From Alphaproteobacteria bacterium (lineage in GTDB: Bacteria; Pseudomonadota; Alphaproteobacteria; SP197): 64,000 nucleotides of DNA. Positions within the stretch are counted from its first letter, which is position 1. Every line of letters starts with the position of its first letter. The DNA lies in the NCBI GenBank assembly GCA_964291415.2, contig OZ219918.1, forward strand, positions 1,088,001 through 1,152,000. The letters run 5' to 3'. Positions 58,204 through 64,000 of this stretch are shown in pieces. The position numbers and the translations under genes are program-made. The notes under the pieces were generated by a model. It saw nothing but the letters and a program-made list of their open reading frames with translations. It made no database searches and was not told the origin of the DNA.

Positions 58204-59893
58204 CGTGGCGCCCTTCCTGGTGTTTCTCGCCGGCGCCGCCATCGTCGCGCTGTCTCCGGCGCGAATGCGTCCCATCGTCCTCGTCGCCACCCCGGTTGTC
58301 GGTGCTGTCAACCTGTGGTTTCTCGATCCCGCCGCCATTCCGGATGCGGCCGTGATGGACTTCGTTCTTGTCCTCCACCATGGCGACCGGCTTTCGGATC
58401 TCTTTGGCTGGCTGTTTCACCTCGCGGCCCTCATTGCGGCAATCTACAGCCTTCACACGAACGATCGCCTGCAGCAGGTTGCGGCACTCGCCTATGCCGG
58501 GTGCGCTCAGGGCGCTGTCTACGCCGGCGATCTCGTGACACTCTTCCTGTTCTGGGAAGGACTGGCGCTGACGTCGGCGGCGCTGATCCTGGCGCGGCGG
58601 GCGCCGGGCTCAGTCCGGACCACCCTGCGTTACCTCGCTGTCCAGGTGACATCGGGTTTGCTGCTGCTGGCCGGCGTCACGGTGCTCCACGTCGATGGTG
58701 CGGGCACCGGCCTTTCAGTCATGGAACTCGACGGGACGGCCGCCTGGCTCATCTTCCTGGCGCTTGGCATCAAGTGCGGGTTTCCGCTGCTGCACGGCTG
58801 GATCATCGATGCCTACCCGGAAGCGACCGAAACCGGCACCGTCCTGATGAGCGCGTTCACGACGAAGATCGGGATCTATGTCCTCGCGCGGCTCTTTCCG
58901 GGAACCGAGGAGCTGATCTGGATCGGCGCCATCATGACCATGTTCCCCATCTTCTATGCCGTGATCGAGAACGATCTCAGGCGGGTTCTGTCATACAGCC
59001 TGATCAACCAGTTGGGATTCATGGTGGTCGGCATTGGCGTCGGCACCGAGATGGCCATCAACGGCGCTGTCAGTCATGCCTTCAGTCACGTTCTCTACAA
59101 GAGCCTGCTCTTCATGAGCATGGGAGCCGTGCTCTACCGCACGGGCCGCATGGGGGGGGCGGAGCTTGGCGGGCTCCATCGCACCATGCCGGCGACAACG
59201 GGCCTGTGCATTGTCGGTGCGGCGTCCATCTCGGCCTTTCCCCTGTTCTCGGGATTCGTGTCGAAAGCGATGATCATGGTCGCGGTCATCGATGAGGGCC
59301 ATGACTGGGTATGGCTTGCCCTCTTGTTTGCGTCGGCCGGGGTCTTTCACCACGCCGGCATCAAGATTCCCTTCTTCGCATTCTTCGCCCACGACTCCGG
59401 GTTGCGTCCGAAAGAAGCGCCGCCGGCGATGCTGGTGGCGATGACGATCGCTGCCGCAGCATGCATCCTGATCGGTGTGTGGCCAGGCCTTCTCTACTCG
59501 ATACTGCCCTATGGAGTGCACTACGAGCCCTACACCTGGTCTCATGTCCTCGCGCAGTGCCAGCTGCTCTTCTTCTCGGCCCTTGCCTTCACGCTGCTCA
59601 AACTCTACCGGCTCTACCCGCCGGAACTCCCGGGGGTCAATATCGATGCCGACTGGTGCTATCGTTGGCTGCTGCCGAGGCTGGCGCGTCACGCTCTCCG
59701 GCTGGCTGGCGAGGCTGCCGTGCCATTGCGCGCGGCGTCGCTGGCGCTGGTTGCCGGCGCGACCGATGTCGGCCGACGCTGGGGCGGGCCATCGGGCATC
59801 CTGGCGCGTGACCCGGTAACCGGTACCGCGTCACTGGTGGTGTTGTTCGTGTTTGCCCTCGTGCTCGTGCTGCATCTCGTGCACGGATTGTGA
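58196..59893 (+). CDS. Na+/H+ antiporter subunit D family, copy 3
   Basis: FWEG, FPLLHGWIIDAYPEAT, AFTTK, RRVLSYS, HVLYKSLLFM, GFVSK. Confidence 0.9.
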   Translation: MTSVAPFLVFLAGAAIVALSPARMRPIVLVATPVVGAVNLWFLDPAAIPDAAVMDFVLVLHHGDRLSDLFGWLFHLAALIAAIYSLHTNDRLQQVAALAYAGCAQGAVYAGDLVTLFLFWEGLALTSAALILARRAPGSVRTTLRYLAVQVTSGLLLLAGVTVLHVDGAGTGLSVMELDGTAAWLIFLALGIKCGFPLLHGWIIDAYPEATETGTVLMSAFTTKIGIYVLARLFPGTEELIWIGAIMTMFPIFYAVIENDLRRVLSYSLINQLGFMVVGIGVGTEMAINGAVSHAFSHVLYKSLLFMSMGAVLYRTGRMGGAELGGLHRTMPATTGLCIVGAASISAFPLFSGFVSKAMIMVAVIDEGHDWVWLALLFASAGVFHHAGIKIPFFAFFAHDSGLRPKEAPPAMLVAMTIAAAACILIGVWPGLLYSILPYGVHYEPYTWSHVLAQCQLLFFSALAFTLLKLYRLYPPELPGVNIDADWCYRWLLPRLARHALRLAGEAAVPLRAASLALVAGATDVGRRWGGPSGILARDPVTGTASLVVLFVFALVLVLHLVHGL

Positions 59894-59905
59894 AGGATCT
59901 GAGCG

Positions 59906-60487
59906 ATGAATCTGTCCGGCGAATACCGCATCAATGCACCACGCGGCGTGGTGTGGCAGGCTCTCAATGATCCTGTCATCCTGCGCCAGGCGATACCGGG
60001 CTGCGAGACGGTGGAACAGGAATCGTCAACTGCCTTCACCGCCCGGGTGAAGGCGAAGATCGGTCCCGTTTCAGCGGTCTTTGCCGGCAGGGTCGAACTG
60101 AAGGACCTTGATCCCCCCAGGGGATGCGTGCTCAGCGCGGAAGGCAAGGGAGGTGCGGCAGGCTTCGCCAGCGGCGATGCGCGAATCACCCTTCGCGAGG
60201 ACGGACAGGATACGCTCCTTGGATATGAGGCCGAAGGGAGGGTCGGAGGCAAGCTCGCCCAGGTGGGAGGGCGCCTTGTGGAGGCCAGCGCCACCAAGAT
60301 TGCCAACACCTTCTTCAGCCGTCTCGACGGCCTCGTTGCGCCTCAGGAGACACCGCCGCCTGCGCCCGCCGAGCAGTCTCCTCCGGCCGGTCACAGAGTG
60401 CGGGATGTTGCTCTGGAGCGGGTGTTCATCGTCCTGGCGGTCGCTGCGGTGAGCGCCCTCGGTATCGTTGCGGCCTTCCTTCAGTGA
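59906..60487 (+). CDS. coxG: CoxG-like SRPBCC protein with C-terminal TM anchor
   Basis: VWQALNDP...[21 protein letters not shown]. Confidence 0.9.
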   Translation: MNLSGEYRINAPRGVVWQALNDPVILRQAIPGCETVEQESSTAFTARVKAKIGPVSAVFAGRVELKDLDPPRGCVLSAEGKGGAAGFASGDARITLREDGQDTLLGYEAEGRVGGKLAQVGGRLVEASATKIANTFFSRLDGLVAPQETPPPAPAEQSPPAGHRVRDVALERVFIVLAVAAVSALGIVAAFLQ

Positions 60488-60500
60488 GGGAGAATTTCAG

Positions 60501-60980
<480 letters not shown>

Positions 60981-60986
60981 AGACCC

Positions 60987-61775
60987 GTGTACGCCTTCCG
61001 CTACCACCGCGCCGGGTCGATCGACGAGGCCGTGCGCCTCCACGGGAGCTGCGAGGATCCAGGCTACCTCGCCGGCGGTCACACGTTGCTGCCGACGCTC
61101 AAGATGCGCCTCGCCCAGCCAAGCGATCTCATCGACCTGGTGTCCATCGACGCGCTGAGACACACCTCCGCCGATACGGGCGCGCTCACCATCGGAGCCG
61201 GTGTGCGTCACAACGACGTGGCGCGCATGACGCACCCCATTCCGGCACTCGCCGGTCTCGCTGGCGGAATCGGTGACTTCCAGGTGCGCAACCGGGGCAC
61301 GCTCGGCGGTTCGATCGCCAATGCGGATCCGGCCGCGGACTATCCGGCGGCCCTGGTGGGCCTTGGCGCCACAATCGTCACCGACCGTCGGCGGATTGCC
61401 GCAGATGATTTCTTCGTCGACCTCTTCGAGACGGCACTCGAGGAAGGCGAACTCGTCACCTCGGTCGTCTTTCCCGCTCCGCGCCGCGCGGCCTACATGA
61501 AGTTCCCGAATCCGGCGTCACGCTATGCCATTGTCGGTGTCTTCGTCGCCTGGACCGCATCGGGCATACGCGTGGCCGTCACTGGGGCGGGCGCTCGTGT
61601 CTTTCGCGTGGCCGACATGGAGACGGCACTTGCCCGCGACTTCTCCCCCGATGCCGTCGCCGACATCCGGATTCCTGATGACGGCCTCAACAGCGACATC
61701 CACGCCACATCCGATTATCGCGCCCACCTCGTTACGGTGATGGCCAGAAGGGCCGTCGCCTGCGCCAACGCCTGA
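60987..61775 (+). CDS. coxM: Molybdenum hydroxylase FAD-binding medium subunit
   Basis: LAGGHTLLP, QVRNRGTLGGSIANADPAAD, PASRYA. Confidence 0.92.
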   Translation: MYAFRYHRAGSIDEAVRLHGSCEDPGYLAGGHTLLPTLKMRLAQPSDLIDLVSIDALRHTSADTGALTIGAGVRHNDVARMTHPIPALAGLAGGIGDFQVRNRGTLGGSIANADPAADYPAALVGLGATIVTDRRRIAADDFFVDLFETALEEGELVTSVVFPAPRRAAYMKFPNPASRYAIVGVFVAWTASGIRVAVTGAGARVFRVADMETALARDFSPDAVADIRIPDDGLNSDIHATSDYRAHLVTVMARRAVACANA

Positions 61776-61859
61776 CGGCCACCCTGCCGCGCAACGGTGG
61801 ATTTCGTCACCTGATCTGCCGTCAGGGGCAGACTCATGCCGGAGGCACAGGCGGTAGGA

Positions 61860-62822
61860 TTACGAGTTGTGGTGTGCGGCGCGCGCTTCCGCGAGCAGGC
61901 AGAGAATCTCGTACATCATGGTGGCTCCGACCAGGGCGGTGTTTCCCGTCTGGTCGAACGGCGGCGCCACCTCCACGACATCGCCGCCGCGAAGGTCCAG
62001 GCCGCGCAGGCCCCTGAGCAGCTTTTGCGCATCGATCGTCGTGATGCCGCCGACTTCCGGGGTTCCGGTGCCGGGCGCATAGACCGGGTCGAGGCCGTCC
62101 ACGTCGAACGAGATGTACGTCGGGCCGCCGCCGACCACGCGGCGCGCCTCCTCGATCGTCGCGTCGACGCCCATGTCGTCGAACTCTTCCATGAAGACCA
62201 CGCGCATCCCCTGATCCAGGGAAAAGTCCCAGCCTTCCGACGTGTTCTGCGCGCCTCGGATACCGATCTGAATCGTTCGCTTCGGATCCAGGAGACCGTC
62301 TTCGACGGCTCGCCGGAAGGGGGCGCCGTGGGTGAACTTGGACCCCTGGAATTCGTCCCAGGTGTCGGTGTGGGCATCGATATGGACCATGCCCAGACTC
62401 TCGTCGGCCGCGATCGCCTTGAAGATGGGATAGGTGATCGAATGATCGCCGCCGGCCGTCAGCGGAAACGCGCGGTGCCGATGCACCTCGCGGTAGAACG
62501 CGGCAATCTCCTCGACGACTGCTTCATCCTCGAAAATCCGGGTGAAACGAACATCACCGAGATCCGCCACCCTGCACAGTTCATAGGGGTTGCAGCGCGA
62601 CACGTGATGGATGGAGCGCATGAGGCTCGACATGTTCCGGATTTCGCGCGGACCGTGACGGGCACCGGCCCGGTTCGTCGTCCCGCCGTCATAGGGCACG
62701 CCGATCAACGCAATGTCGACACCTTCGGCGCTGGCGGCGTATGGCGTGCGCATGAAGGTCGCGATTTCGCCGTAACGAGGCGCAACCATCGGGTCGAATC
62801 CTGTTGCCTGTCGCTCATTCAC
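61860..62822 (-). CDS. Ureohydrolase (agmatinase family), resembling guanidinopropionase GpuA
   Basis: GGDHS, DAHTD, SFDVDGLDP..APGTGTPEVGG. The stretch GGTTNRAGARHGPRE.RN.SSLMR..HHVS matches my recollection of P. aeruginosa GpuA. The GTG start is uncertain. Confidence 0.9.
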   Translation of the reverse strand: MNERQATGFDPMVAPRYGEIATFMRTPYAASAEGVDIALIGVPYDGGTTNRAGARHGPREIRNMSSLMRSIHHVSRCNPYELCRVADLGDVRFTRIFEDEAVVEEIAAFYREVHRHRAFPLTAGGDHSITYPIFKAIAADESLGMVHIDAHTDTWDEFQGSKFTHGAPFRRAVEDGLLDPKRTIQIGIRGAQNTSEGWDFSLDQGMRVVFMEEFDDMGVDATIEEARRVVGGGPTYISFDVDGLDPVYAPGTGTPEVGGITTIDAQKLLRGLRGLDLRGGDVVEVAPPFDQTGNTALVGATMMYEILCLLAEARAAHHNS

Positions 62823-62948
62823 GGACCGTTCTCCCTCTGTCCGGGCGGTCAGAGTCATGCCGTTCGAGGAGACAAGACACCCGCCTGGCACGGTGAATTC
62901 GACACCACATTCCGATCGCCAAGCAATTCAATACTATGCATAGACTCT

Positions 62949-62963
62949 TCGATAAATCATCGA
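62949..62963. promoter_or_regulatory. Dyad TCGAT-N5-ATCGA, candidate LysR-binding site
   Basis: Lies in the AT-rich divergent promoter region 14 bp before the LysR start. It is not a strict T-N11-A box. Confidence 0.35.
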
Positions 62964-62977
62964 TGTAGCGTGGCTTC

Positions 62978-64000
62978 ATGCTGCACAACGTGTCGAATCC
63001 CGACCTCCACCTTCTCCGTGTGTTCATGGCTGTGGTCGAGGCGGGCGGTTTCTCGGCAGCTCAAATCAACCTGAACGTTGCGCAATCGACAATCAGCACT
63101 CAGATGACCGATCTGGAAACCCGTCTCGGAATGCGTCTGTGCAATCGCGGACGGACGGGGTTCTCCCTGACCGACGATGGCCGCGCCGTCTACGAAGCAG
63201 CCCAGGAGTTGTTCCGTTCGATGAGCAACTTCAGGACAAGGGTGAACGATCGACGAGGTGGATTGGCAGGCACTCTGCGTGTTGCGTTCGCCGATGCGCT
63301 GCTGAGCAATCCCGACTTCAGGCTTGATGACGCGATCCTGCACTTCATTGCGGATGCTCCGGACGTCGAGTTCGAACTGAAGACCGCCAACCCGCTGGAC
63401 ATCGAGCACGGCGTGCTGGACGGGAGATTTCATGCCGGCGTCCACACGTTTCCGAATCACGCGCCTGGACTGACCTATACCAAGCTCTTCGCGGAACGCC
63501 AGACGCTCTACTGCGGAGAGAGACATCCGCTCTTCGGCGTTCCCGAGTCGGAGCAGAAGCCAGAGGAAATCGAGCGGCTCCCGTTCGTCAGGCGGACCTA
63601 CTACGGGGGAACGCTTCAGACGGGAGCGTTCCGACCCAAGAGAGTCGTCGCCAATGCCGATTCCATGGAGGCGCTGGCATTGCTGGTTCTCTCCGGAGAA
63701 ATGATTGGCCATCTGCCGGCAGAATGGGTCAGGAACAGTTGCATACACGCCAAGCTTCAGGCTCTTGTCGAGGACAGGTTCTCATACGATTCCAACTTCG
63801 AGATCGTCGTCAAGACCGGCGCTCAGCACACCAAGCTGGTGCGGACGTTCCTTCGCGAGGTGTTCTCGCTCTATGGCATCAGCAGTATGGGCATCAAACC
63901 GAAGCGCCGACATCCGGCCCCATCTATTCGCTCCAGTCGGAGCCATTGCACCGCAAGCGGCAAGCCTGTCGCTGCAAATGCGACGTGGTCGGGCAAGTGA
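62978..64000 (+). CDS. LysR-family regulator (GbuR/GpuR-like)
   Basis: DLHLLRVF..VVEAGGFSAAQ..LNVAQSTIS..LETRLG.RLC.RGR.GFSLT; divergent from the ureohydrolase. Confidence 0.93.
   Translation: MLHNVSNPDLHLLRVFMAVVEAGGFSAAQINLNVAQSTISTQMTDLETRLGMRLCNRGRTGFSLTDDGRAVYEAAQELFRSMSNFRTRVNDRRGGLAGTLRVAFADALLSNPDFRLDDAILHFIADAPDVEFELKTANPLDIEHGVLDGRFHAGVHTFPNHAPGLTYTKLFAERQTLYCGERHPLFGVPESEQKPEEIERLPFVRRTYYGGTLQTGAFRPKRVVANADSMEALALLVLSGEMIGHLPAEWVRNSCIHAKLQALVEDRFSYDSNFEIVVKTGAQHTKLVRTFLREVFSLYGISSMGIKPKRRHPAPSIRSSRSHCTASGKPVAANATWSGK

Overview
GC-rich bacterial chromosomal window. The synteny (lptF-lptG-lptD-surA-rsmA-mutS-glnD, with lptF divergent from pepA-holC) suggests Alphaproteobacteria. The housekeeping backbone is interleaved with many enzymes that act on amines, guanidino and ureido compounds: two atypical M24-fold hydrolases, a class III aminotransferase, diaminopropionate ammonia-lyase, a Rieske oxygenase, PuuD, a TMADH-family dehydrogenase, an AruI-like decarboxylase, an amidinotransferase-fold enzyme and a GpuA-like ureohydrolase with a LysR regulator. 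It also carries bfr/bfd, a MrpA-less Mrp antiporter operon, a coxG-coxS-coxM cluster lacking the large subunit, a ~6 kb accessory insertion between lptF and pepA, two stand-alone nucleases (NERD-helicase, DUF2779-like) and several gene remnants. The strongest novelty candidate is a urease paralogue: a fused gamma-beta subunit plus an alpha subunit that keeps all six metal ligands but has a remodelled substrate pocket and no accessory genes. It may hydrolyse a substituted urea. No tRNA, rRNA, CRISPR array or transposase was recognised. All family calls come from motif recognition by eye; no database search was run.
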